Program-made: the position numbers and the translations under genes
Part shown: positions 1-8,265 of the stretch, piece by piece
How the letters are laid out: each line of letters starts with the position of its first letter
Numbering within the stretch: position 1 is the stretch's first letter
Source: Vulcanimicrobiota bacterium
Lineage (GTDB): Bacteria; Vulcanimicrobiota; Xenobia; Xenobiales; JADMJV01
Assembly: GCA_050250895.1 (NCBI GenBank)
Contig: JBFWNU010000002.1
Location: 695,659-759,658, forward strand
DNA: 64,000 nucleotides
Direction of reading: 5' to 3'
Notes under the pieces: generated by a model
The model's input: the letters and a program-made list of their open reading frames with translations, nothing else
Told to the model about the DNA's origin: nothing
Database searches by the model: none

Positions 1-1048
1 CCTCGAAGCCACCCTTGATGCCGAAGGTTAGCAGAGCCGAGGGCTTGCCGCCGCAATATTTCTGGGCCAGGTCGTAGTATTCGGAGCTTTTCAAGCCGGC
101 GAAGTGGACCCACTCCACCTGCGAATGGCCTTCGAGATACTCGGCCACCGCCTGAGCGTTCTCGCAGTGGCGCTCCATCCGCAGCGGCAGGGTCTCGATG
201 CCTTGTAGCAACAAGAAGGCGTTGAGCGGGCTCAGGGCCGAGCCGGTGTTGCGCAGCGGCACGGTGCGGGCTCGACCGATGTAGGCGGCCGGCCCCAGGG
301 CCTCGGTGTAGACCACGCCGTGATAAGCCGGTTCGGGGCGGTTGAGCACGGGAAAGCGCTCGGCGTTGTCGGCCCAGGGAAACTTCCCCGAATCGACGAT
401 CAGGCCCCCCAGCGAGTTGCCATGGCCGCCCATGTACTTAGTCAGGGAGTGGACGACAATATCGACACCCCAATCGATGGGACGGGTGATCACGGGGGTG
501 GCGACCGTATTGTCGACAATCACCGGCACCCCGTGGCTCTTCGCCATATCCGCGATAGCCTGCAGATCGGCGATGTTGCCGGCCGGGTTGCCGATCGACT
601 CGCAAAAGACGGCCGAGGTCTTGGCGTCAATGAGCCGGGCCAGACTTTCGGGGGAGTCGTCTTCGGCGAATCGCACCTCGATGCCGAGAGCCGGCAACAT
701 GTGGGCGAATAGCGTATAGGTGCCGCCATAGAGCAGCGGAACCGAGACCACGTTGTTACCCTTTTCGGCGATGGTCAGGATGGAGTAGTTGACGGCGGCG
801 CTGCCGGCCGAGAGTCCGAGCCCGGCTAGTCCCCCCTCCAGAGCGGCTACTCGCTTTTCGAGCACGTCGGTGGTGGGATTCATGATACGGGTGTAGATGT
901 TGCCTGGCACGGCCAGGTTGAACAGGTCGGCGCCGTGTTGGGCGTTGTCGAACTCGTAGGCGACGGTCTGGTAGATGGGAACCGCCACCGCTTTGGTGCC
1001 GGGATCGGTTTCGTAACCGGCGTGAATCGCTAGCGTCTCGTTTTTCAT
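1..1048 (-). CDS. metY: O-acetylhomoserine aminocarboxypropyltransferase/sulfhydrylase (partial, runs off window edge)
   Basis: Not in the ORF track. Manual translation from ATG 1048 gives MKNETLAIHAG...PIYQTVAY...GNIYTRIMNPT...VDNTVATP...HSLTKYMGGHG (PLP lysine motif). Lies directly downstream of metA. Confidence 0.95.
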   Translation of the reverse strand, partial: MKNETLAIHAGYETDPGTKAVAVPIYQTVAYEFDNAQHGADLFNLAVPGNIYTRIMNPTTDVLEKRVAALEGGLAGLGLSAGSAAVNYSILTIAEKGNNVVSVPLLYGGTYTLFAHMLPALGIEVRFAEDDSPESLARLIDAKTSAVFCESIGNPAGNIADLQAIADMAKSHGVPVIVDNTVATPVITRPIDWGVDIVVHSLTKYMGGHGNSLGGLIVDSGKFPWADNAERFPVLNRPEPAYHGVVYTEALGPAAYIGRARTVPLRNTGSALSPLNAFLLLQGIETLPLRMERHCENAQAVAEYLEGHSQVEWVHFAGLKSSEYYDLAQKYCGGKPSALLTFGIKGGFE

Positions 1049-1082
1049 GAACGCTACTCCGAGATGAGCTTAGAATACCCTG

Positions 1083-2162
1083 CTAGAGCGAGGCCAGGGG
1101 ATCCTCGGGGTCGACCCCGTCGAGGAAAGGCTGCTTGCGCTCGACATGGGTCAGCTGATAGACCAATCCGAGCCAGTTGTTAAAGACCGCCTTGCCCGAG
1201 TCGCCCCAGGTGTTGTGCAACTCTGGCTCAAACTCGGCCTCGGGAAACTCCTCCTGACTGTAAGGCTGCCCCTGGGCCCTACGCCGGCGGGCGGTCCTTT
1301 CGACCTCTCTGCCCAGTCGCTGGCAAGATTCCGAGAAATAGTGTTGAGGAAAGGGGGGAAAGGTGGGCCGCTTGCCGTCGACATAGGCCAGCACCTCGCG
1401 CTTGAACTCTTTGAGCAGGCTGTTGATATCGTATTCGGGATGACCCTGGCTAAAGATGAAGCGAAAGCCGTCGGGACTGGTGGCCAGATGCACGTCGTCT
1501 TCGCAACTTACCACCAGCACTTTGAGGCCGGCCCGTTCCAGGTCTTCGAGATCCAGGGTGTTCCAGCGCGAATGGGGGATGTCGAATTTGGTATTCACGT
1601 CGCGCAACAGGGGATGGGCAACCAGGCGGTCCCTGTGCACGTGTTGATAGACTCCCCAGCGCTTGCGATCCAGGCCTCTTCGCTTGACGCCATAGAGCAT
1701 CTCGACTAAGGCGTGGCTGGCCAGGCACGAGCAGAAGGTGCTGGTGATCGTCTCTTGAGCCCACTCGACCACCTCGCGGAGGGGGGACCAGAAAGGCTCT
1801 TTGGTGAGGTCGGGCTGGGTCACGTTGGCCCCGGTGATGATCAAAGCGTCCAGACCAGCGGCCTGAATGCGTTCGAAGTCCTTGTAGTATTGGTCCATAT
1901 ACTGGCGCGTCTCGGCGTCGCGCTCGAGGCCCGGCACGGTGAAGGGGTGGACGAAGAATTGCACAATCTGGTTGCAGGCTCCGATGAGCCCGAAATATTG
2001 ACGCTCGGTCACCTGGAAAGCGGCATCGGGCATCATGTTGAGAAAGCCGATGTGCAGTTCGCGAATGTCCTGATGGCGGGCCTGATCGAGTTCGAGCACC
2101 TGGTGCCCCCCGGCCCTGAGCTGGGCGAACGTCGGTAGGGGAATGTGCGAGACTAAAGGCAT
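1083..2162 (-). CDS. metA: Homoserine O-acyltransferase, MetA family (probably succinyltransferase)
   Basis: LHIGFLNMMPD, ITGANV, catalytic CSCLA and QGHPEYD motifs; adjacent to metY. Confidence 0.93.
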   Translation of the reverse strand: MPLVSHIPLPTFAQLRAGGHQVLELDQARHQDIRELHIGFLNMMPDAAFQVTERQYFGLIGACNQIVQFFVHPFTVPGLERDAETRQYMDQYYKDFERIQAAGLDALIITGANVTQPDLTKEPFWSPLREVVEWAQETITSTFCSCLASHALVEMLYGVKRRGLDRKRWGVYQHVHRDRLVAHPLLRDVNTKFDIPHSRWNTLDLEDLERAGLKVLVVSCEDDVHLATSPDGFRFIFSQGHPEYDINSLLKEFKREVLAYVDGKRPTFPPFPQHYFSESCQRLGREVERTARRRRAQGQPYSQEEFPEAEFEPELHNTWGDSGKAVFNNWLGLVYQLTHVERKQPFLDGVDPEDPLASL

Positions 2163-2242
2163 GTCTGGGGAATTTGGTCTGTTCCGGCACTCACCTGCCG
2201 GCCTTCACAGGATCCGAGCCCTCGATCTGCAAGGACTCGGCC

Positions 2243-3004
2243 ATGCTAGACCCCAACCTCACCCCCTTTGCCCAACTTGTGCAGGTGATGCACCTCCTGC
2301 GTGCCCCGGGCGGCTGCCCCTGGGATCGCGAGCAGACTCATCAGAGCCTGGCTCGCTTTCTGCAGGAAGAGGCTTGCGAAACCCTTGAGGCGATCGACTC
2401 GGGCGATGATCAGAAAATGTGCGAAGAACTCGGCGACCTGCTGTTGCAAGTGGTCTTCCACGCGCAGATCGCGGCCGAGGAGGGACGCTTTTCCATCGAC
2501 GACGTGGCCACCGGCATCGTGGCCAAAATGGTGCGCCGCCATCCCCACGTCTTTGGCGACGAACACCTGCCCGACAGCGGCGCCGTCAAACAGCGCTGGG
2601 AGGCCATCAAGATGGCCGAAAAGGGAAGTCGCCGCAAGTCTTTGATGGACGGCCTTCCACCCGCCCTCTCGGCCTTGCTAACGGCCAAACGCATCCAGGG
2701 TCGGGCCGCCGAGGTGGGATTTCGCTGGCCCGACGCTGCTTCGGCCCTGGCCAAGGTGCACGAGGAGCTGGCCGAACTGGAGGCGGCCGAGAACCTCGCC
2801 GAGCGGCGCGAAGAGCTGGGCGATCTGTTGTTTGCTCTGGTGAGTCTGGCCGACCAGTACGAAGTCGAGGCCGAGGCCGCCCTGCGCGGCACTTGCGCCA
2901 AGTTCGTGACCCGCTTCCAAGCCCTCGAAGCCCGCCTGGGCGAGCGCTTAGGCCAGGCCGATAGCGACGAGCTCGCGGCCGCCTGGGAAGCCGTTCGATG
3001 CTAA
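2243..3004 (+). CDS. mazG: Nucleoside triphosphate pyrophosphohydrolase MazG
   Basis: LRAPGGCPWDREQTHQSL, EELGDLLLQVVFH, RRHPHVFG and a second EELGDLLF. Start placed at ATG 2243 after AAGGA. Confidence 0.95.
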   Translation: MLDPNLTPFAQLVQVMHLLRAPGGCPWDREQTHQSLARFLQEEACETLEAIDSGDDQKMCEELGDLLLQVVFHAQIAAEEGRFSIDDVATGIVAKMVRRHPHVFGDEHLPDSGAVKQRWEAIKMAEKGSRRKSLMDGLPPALSALLTAKRIQGRAAEVGFRWPDAASALAKVHEELAELEAAENLAERREELGDLLFALVSLADQYEVEAEAALRGTCAKFVTRFQALEARLGERLGQADSDELAAAWEAVRC

Positions 3005-3080
3005 GATACGCTATCGACTTTCGCTTCCGGCGATATCAGCCGGACCTGAGCCTGGAACCCCTGGGCACCTGGTCTTTGCC

Positions 3081-3108
3081 TTTACCGCCATTGGCAGTTA
3101 GTTATAAT
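3081..3108 (+). promoter_or_regulatory. Possible sigma70-type promoter with no obvious downstream gene
   Basis: TTTACC-N16-TATAAT, pointing into the 3' end of the minus-strand gene that ends at 3174. Confidence 0.35.
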
Positions 3109-3173
3109 CAAAACGGCTCCGCCCGTCACGGAGGTAGGGACGTTTTTAAGCTGACGCAGCACTAGCTAGCCCC

Positions 3174-4004
3174 TCAAAGTCTGCGCCAAGAGGCCTCCCA
3201 GCCCGTTCCGTCCCAGACCCGAACGCCTTCGCCTCGGCCGTTCGAGAAGACCCCGTTGATGGTTGCACCCTGCCATCGATAGGAAAACCAGACGTTGTGC
3301 TGGTCGTGCTTGTCGATATGTATCACCGAGCTTCCGACCAGCTTGCCATTGGACCAAACCTCTAGCGGGAGCGTGTCCGCGCTGCGGTCGGTGATCTTAA
3401 TGGTGGATCCGGTGGACGAACTCCAGGTTCCAGGGAAGCGCGCTAGCGCCCCGGGTTCCAGTTGGGTCGCCTGAGTTTCCTCTCTGAATCCAGTGGGATT
3501 GACAAGGTCGACGAAAGTGCCGAAGTTGTTAACGACCACTCTCACCTGTAGTTGTCTCACGCCTCTCACCGGAATGTCCACCATCTTGTCGAGGTCGCCA
3601 GCAGCAAAGGTGACCTCCTGCAATTTCTGACCGTCTCCGTAAATCGTTATGCTGGCCGCACCCATTCGTTGAGAATGGTCGTCAAAACCCACTGAGCACT
3701 TGAAAGCCGAAAATGCTCCGTCGAGGTTCCAGTAAACCTCGCTGAAGCAGGTCCGCCCAGTTTCAACGAGGTCGTTGACATGAAGCATCAGGCCATAGGA
3801 ATAATCGTGGCCGGCGACTCGCATGTTCTTACGGGTTAGGCTATTCCTCAGGACATGGGCATTGTCGATAGACCAATGTTGCGAAGAGACGCGGTAGGGG
3901 GGAAACTCTTTGGATAAACTGATGCTAACCTCTTTGGCAGAAACTTCGACTAACGATGAGATAATCATCACGGCCAAGAGAATGCATCGAGAACTTGTGC
4001 GCAT
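3174..4004 (-). CDS. Secreted NPCBM/NEW2-domain protein
   Basis: N-terminal signal peptide; NPCBM pattern YSYGLMLH...FKCSVGFDD...ITIYGDGQKL...VDIPVRGVRQLQVRV; lower-GC DNA. Confidence 0.75.
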   Translation of the reverse strand: MRTSSRCILLAVMIISSLVEVSAKEVSISLSKEFPPYRVSSQHWSIDNAHVLRNSLTRKNMRVAGHDYSYGLMLHVNDLVETGRTCFSEVYWNLDGAFSAFKCSVGFDDHSQRMGAASITIYGDGQKLQEVTFAAGDLDKMVDIPVRGVRQLQVRVVVNNFGTFVDLVNPTGFREETQATQLEPGALARFPGTWSSSTGSTIKITDRSADTLPLEVWSNGKLVGSSVIHIDKHDQHNVWFSYRWQGATINGVFSNGRGEGVRVWDGTGWEASWRRL

Positions 4005-4059
4005 TTGTTCTTCCTTTGCGTTTGGTATAGATGTCTGCCGGTATTGACCTGACGCCCTT

Positions 4060-5202
4060 TCACCAGGTCAGATTTTGACGGTTCTGGTAATGACTGACGA
4101 ACGTGGCGTTCCTCTTCTGAATGGTTGAGATGTCGGTCTCCTTGTAGGTGGGTGATTCTTGATACCAGGCTTGCTGTTGAAAATGTTGGCGGAGTTCGCG
4201 GTCTTGAAAGGCCCTGCCATGGACGGCGAAGACCTGATTGCGAATGACAGTAAGTTCCATCGCGGAGTATCCCTTGAGGTCCGATTCATTGAGGGGCTCC
4301 ACCAGGGATTTCGGTAGGAGCAGCCCTTTTGATGGAAGATTGACCCACGCGCCTAGCCAGCGCGTCACTCGAAATCCCCCGTCCTCCGGCAGTAGTTCGG
4401 CGCTCCTTGTGAGCACTATTCCTGGGGAGGCAGTGGCCGAAAATTGGAAGCTTCCCTTGAGTCTTCCCCTCACTTCGCTAGGGCCATCAATGGTGGAAAG
4501 ATATGCGCCTGTCGTGCTTTTAGGGAGGCGCGACTCGACATTTTCCGCCGACTGAACGGTGGTCAGGCCATCGGCCATCTGAAAGTACGCTCCCCTACGC
4601 TTCTCGACCATTTTTGAACCGTCCCAATCTAGGGTGGCGAAGATGCTGGGCGGCCCTCCCCGATTTGGAAATGAGTATATAACTTGGTCCAAACCGTCAC
4701 CATCGAGGTCCGCCACAGTCCAATGAGCGTCGATGAAGTATCCGGGGCTGCCGGGCTCGTCTTTGGCTGTCCAAAGACAGGTGCCCTCGGCGCTGAAGAC
4801 CGCGATGCGAGAGGACGCATCGTTGACTGGAATGGCGCGGATTTCCTTCAACGCGGCGCTCCCATCGAGGTTGGCCGTGACAGATCTGGAAGGGAGAGTC
4901 TGCCCGGTATCGCTGCCAGGGTTGGGTCGAGGTGGTCTGGTTTCATTCTCCACCGGGCCGTGATTCTCAGCCTTAAGAACAGGAACAGCATGGGGAGCCT
5001 CTGCTTTGGTGCCGAAGCCAAAAATGGTTGGTAGAAGTCCGCATAGTGCCACCACCACCGACACGATAAGAGTGAGTAGCCAGATATTGGTGGAACCCGC
5101 GTTTCTGCGTGCTGCTCTTTCGGGAGTAGCAAATTGACTTCCGCAGAAGGCGCAGAAACGTTCTTGCCCTGCGTCTTGTTTTCCGCAATAAGGACAGAAC
5201 AT
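4060..5202 (-). CDS. Zinc-ribbon, single-TM, YARHG-domain protein
   Basis: MFCPYCG...FCAFCG, one TM helix, a DLDGDG loop and C-terminal LTVIRNQVFAVHGRAF...F..QAWY (YARHG variant). Confidence 0.8.
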   Translation of the reverse strand: MFCPYCGKQDAGQERFCAFCGSQFATPERAARRNAGSTNIWLLTLIVSVVVALCGLLPTIFGFGTKAEAPHAVPVLKAENHGPVENETRPPRPNPGSDTGQTLPSRSVTANLDGSAALKEIRAIPVNDASSRIAVFSAEGTCLWTAKDEPGSPGYFIDAHWTVADLDGDGLDQVIYSFPNRGGPPSIFATLDWDGSKMVEKRRGAYFQMADGLTTVQSAENVESRLPKSTTGAYLSTIDGPSEVRGRLKGSFQFSATASPGIVLTRSAELLPEDGGFRVTRWLGAWVNLPSKGLLLPKSLVEPLNESDLKGYSAMELTVIRNQVFAVHGRAFQDRELRQHFQQQAWYQESPTYKETDISTIQKRNATFVSHYQNRQNLTW

Positions 5203-5204
5203 GA

Positions 5205-5636
5205 TCAGTCTCCCAGACCGGCTTCTGCGTGGGCCACGATGACTCGAGTGTTAGTTTCGATATCGACGAAGATCATCACGAATTCTCGAAACGCTACGAG
5301 GATCAAAAACTCGATCAGGCCGCCCATCAGTGCGCAAATGGAAGGGAAAGCCATGGCTGATGACTTTGAGAGGGAGTAGACAAAAAACACGAGCAAACCG
5401 GCCACGCCCAGGCCGTTTAGGATGACGATCAGTCCGAGCAAACTCCGCAGGGTATCGTATCTCCTTGGCACCGAGAACCTGGCGTGGGAGGAACTCGATC
5501 CAGAGGGAGGCTCACTAGACCCTCTTTGTTCAAAGAATCGGCCGCAATCTTGACACTTCGATTCGCCGCTCTGTCGGGGTTGGCCGCATTGACGGCAGAA
5601 TTTGATTTCTGCGCCCTGGCGTTCCTCTTCTTTCAC
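5205..5636 (-). CDS. Zinc-ribbon two-TM membrane protein
   Basis: CRQCG...CQDCG, two hydrophobic helices ending in VDIETNTR; GGAGG SD upstream of GTG. Confidence 0.75.
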   Translation of the reverse strand: MKEEERQGAEIKFCRQCGQPRQSGESKCQDCGRFFEQRGSSEPPSGSSSSHARFSVPRRYDTLRSLLGLIVILNGLGVAGLLVFFVYSLSKSSAMAFPSICALMGGLIEFLILVAFREFVMIFVDIETNTRVIVAHAEAGLGD

Positions 5637-5844
5637 TTGTCTTTCCTCCCTGGCAGATAGGCATCTAATAGTTATGACACCGAGAGAGCGTTGTTTACGC
5701 GAAATTTCCCGCCGACCCTTCTATTTAATGAAAGCTGTGAGCGCCTATTGAAGCAAGTTCGTTTGGTTTGAAAGCATCCGCTCGATGTCAGCGGGACCGG
5801 ACGCTTCATCCTGGGCCAGGCGTTCTGAGATACCGACGCTCCGA

Positions 5845-5863
5845 GTCGCCACCCGATGGCGAC
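5845..5863 (-). terminator. Hairpin just after the Clp ATPase stop (no U-tract)
   Basis: GTCGCCA-cccga-TGGCGAC, 2 nt beyond the stop codon. Confidence 0.35.
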
Positions 5864-5865
5864 CC

Positions 5866-8265
5866 CTAGGGGTCCAGGCGGGTGCCGAATTCGTCCTCGA
5901 CCAGTTGGAACGAGCAGGCGTCGTCGACCCATTCGGCCTGATAGGTGCGCCCCTGCTCGAGTTGGCGGGCGAGGGCCAGTTTGCCCAGCGGAATCAACAC
6001 CTGGCGTTCGATCAGGCGGTCGATCTGGCGCACGCCCTCGGCGGCCTCTTCGGCCAGGGCGTCGAGCAGGCTGTCGCTCCAGCGCACCCGAGCTCGGTGG
6101 CGGGCCAGCAGGTTGTCGGCGGCGTTCTCGAGGCGAGTGCGCAGAATGGAGCGGACCGCCTCGGGCTCGAGGGGGGCAAAACGGACGACCTCGTGGATAC
6201 GGTCCAGGAACTCGGGTCGAAAGTATTCGAGTAACGCCTGACGCGTGTCACCCGCGGTCGCGCCCTGGTCCCGGCGGCGAAGGCCCAGGCGGTCAGGCTT
6301 GGCCTCGACCCCCAGGTTCGAGGTCATCACGAAGATACAGTGGGAGGCGTCCACCAGCTTGCCTGAGGCGGTCGAGAGTCGACCTTCGTCAAAGACCTGC
6401 AGAAAAAGGTCGAAGACCTGAGGGTGAGCTTTTTCGACCTCGTCGAGCAGCACCAGCGAGTAGGGGCGGTTCTGCAGCGCACCGGTGAGTTGGCCCTCGT
6501 CAGGCCCTTTGTAGCCCGGAGGCGAACCCACCAGGCGGCTGACGGTGTGGGCCTCAGAGAACTCGGACATGTCGAGACGGATCATCTGGTCCTGAAAGAA
6601 ATAGGCGGCCAGCAGGCGGGCCATCTCGGTCTTGCCCACGCCGGGCGGGCCCAAAAAGAGAAAACTGGCCAGCGGGCCCTTGCGCTCACCCAACCCCGAG
6701 TGGGCCAGGATCAGGCGGTGGCAGACCTTCTCGATGGCTTCATCCTGGCCGAACAGGCGCTGGCGAAGAAACTCTTCAAAGCCCAGCACCATGGGCGATT
6801 CGGCCTCGAGACTGCCCAGCAGCACATCCATCGAGATGCCGACGCGGGCCCCCAGGACTTCGCCCAGGAGGCGGCGGTCGACGGTGGCTTTCTCGGTGCG
6901 CCGGGCCCGGGCGCCGGCCTGGTCGAGCAAGTCGATGGCCTTGTCGGGAAAGAACCGCTGGGGCTCGAAGCGGGCCGCCAGGGCGTAGGCTTCCTGGGCG
7001 GCCCGCGGCGAGTACTCCACTTCGTGATGCCTGGCCAGTCCTTGGACCACCGCTTCGAGGATCTTCAACACTTCGTCCTCGCCGGGCTCTTCCACGATGA
7101 CCTTGTCGAGGCGCCGCTCGAGCGCCCCGTCGCGGGCCAGGAACTTCTGGTATTCTTCGGCGGTGGTGGCTCCGATGAGCGAGATTTCGCCCCGAGCCAG
7201 GGCCGGTTTGAGCATGTTGGAAGCGTCGAGGGGGGCGCCTTCAGCCTCGCCGGCCCCCATGATGGTGTGCATCTCGTCGATGAACAAGATCATGTTCTTA
7301 TCGGCGCTGGCCGTCTTGAGCAGGGCCTGGACGCGTTCTTCGAACTCGCCTCGATACTTGGTGCCAGCCACCAGGGCTCCCATCGATACCTCGAGGATGC
7401 GGCGTCCGGCTAGAGGATGCTTTTCGACGGTGACGATCTCGACCGCCAGGGCCTCGACCACGGCGCTCTTGCCAACCCCCGGCGGACCCACCAGCACCGG
7501 GTTGTTCTTGGTTTTGCGCAGTAAGGATTGGGTGAGCAGTTCGAGTTCTCTCTGGCGACCGACGAAGGGACCCAGCTTCTTCTGGCGGGCCAGGGCCGTC
7601 AGGTCACGTCCGAACTTGGTCAGGGGTTGCTTGCCCTGGCGGGTGCTCAGACTGGGCGCGGCCTGGGCGGGGCCCACCATGCGCTGCTGCAGTCGCAGCT
7701 GCTCGACATCGATGGGAGTGGGAGCTAGCGAGGGGAGCCGGGCGGGCTCGGCAAAGGCGGCGCCCAGGTTGGGACCACTCTGGTCGCCGTGAAGGGCGTC
7801 GCAGATCTCATCGAGATAGACGCCGATCTCGGCCAATCCCACAGCGGCCGCTTCGCCCGGCTCCAGCACCAGGGCTTTGAGCAGGGCCAGACTGTCGACC
7901 TGGCCGCCATGGCCGAACTCCTGGGCTTTCTCGAAGATGGCTCGAGCTTCAGGGCTGCGATGGACCACCGATTGGGTCTCGGGGCCGTCGCCATAGCCCA
8001 TCCGATCGCGGACGGCGTGACGCCATTTCTTGAACACCAGCCCGAACGGCGAAAGGGTGGCGATGAGGCGGTCCACCTCTTGTTGCAGCACCTCGGACTC
8101 GCCCGGGGCCAGGGTGAGGTCCTCGCCGAAGGTGCCCTGAAGTCCCTTGCCCAGACTCAGCAGACCCAGCCAGAGGTGAGCCGGGCCGATTAGCTGGTGA
8201 CGGCTCCAGACGGTCTCGAGAGCCGCCAGTTGCCAGCAGATGCGCGCCCCTACCGAGAGGTTCAT
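5866..8265 (-). CDS. ClpA/ClpC-type Hsp100 ATPase (Clp-N plus two AAA+ modules)
   Basis: Clp-N repeats; GPPGVGKS and LFIDE in NBD1; GPPGVGKT, LLDEVEKAH and MTSNLG in NBD2. No coiled-coil M domain; LGL loop present. Confidence 0.9.
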   Translation of the reverse strand: MNLSVGARICWQLAALETVWSRHQLIGPAHLWLGLLSLGKGLQGTFGEDLTLAPGESEVLQQEVDRLIATLSPFGLVFKKWRHAVRDRMGYGDGPETQSVVHRSPEARAIFEKAQEFGHGGQVDSLALLKALVLEPGEAAAVGLAEIGVYLDEICDALHGDQSGPNLGAAFAEPARLPSLAPTPIDVEQLRLQQRMVGPAQAAPSLSTRQGKQPLTKFGRDLTALARQKKLGPFVGRQRELELLTQSLLRKTKNNPVLVGPPGVGKSAVVEALAVEIVTVEKHPLAGRRILEVSMGALVAGTKYRGEFEERVQALLKTASADKNMILFIDEMHTIMGAGEAEGAPLDASNMLKPALARGEISLIGATTAEEYQKFLARDGALERRLDKVIVEEPGEDEVLKILEAVVQGLARHHEVEYSPRAAQEAYALAARFEPQRFFPDKAIDLLDQAGARARRTEKATVDRRLLGEVLGARVGISMDVLLGSLEAESPMVLGFEEFLRQRLFGQDEAIEKVCHRLILAHSGLGERKGPLASFLFLGPPGVGKTEMARLLAAYFFQDQMIRLDMSEFSEAHTVSRLVGSPPGYKGPDEGQLTGALQNRPYSLVLLDEVEKAHPQVFDLFLQVFDEGRLSTASGKLVDASHCIFVMTSNLGVEAKPDRLGLRRRDQGATAGDTRQALLEYFRPEFLDRIHEVVRFAPLEPEAVRSILRTRLENAADNLLARHRARVRWSDSLLDALAEEAAEGVRQIDRLIERQVLIPLGKLALARQLEQGRTYQAEWVDDACSFQLVEDEFGTRLDP

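Noticed and set aside
2163-2242. SAM riboswitch upstream of metA-metY
   Set aside because: Only about 80 nt of divergent spacer, with no recognisable S-box core.
5866-8265. T6SS ClpV
   Set aside because: No tss, hcp or vgrG genes in the window, and a ClpP-docking-like loop is present.
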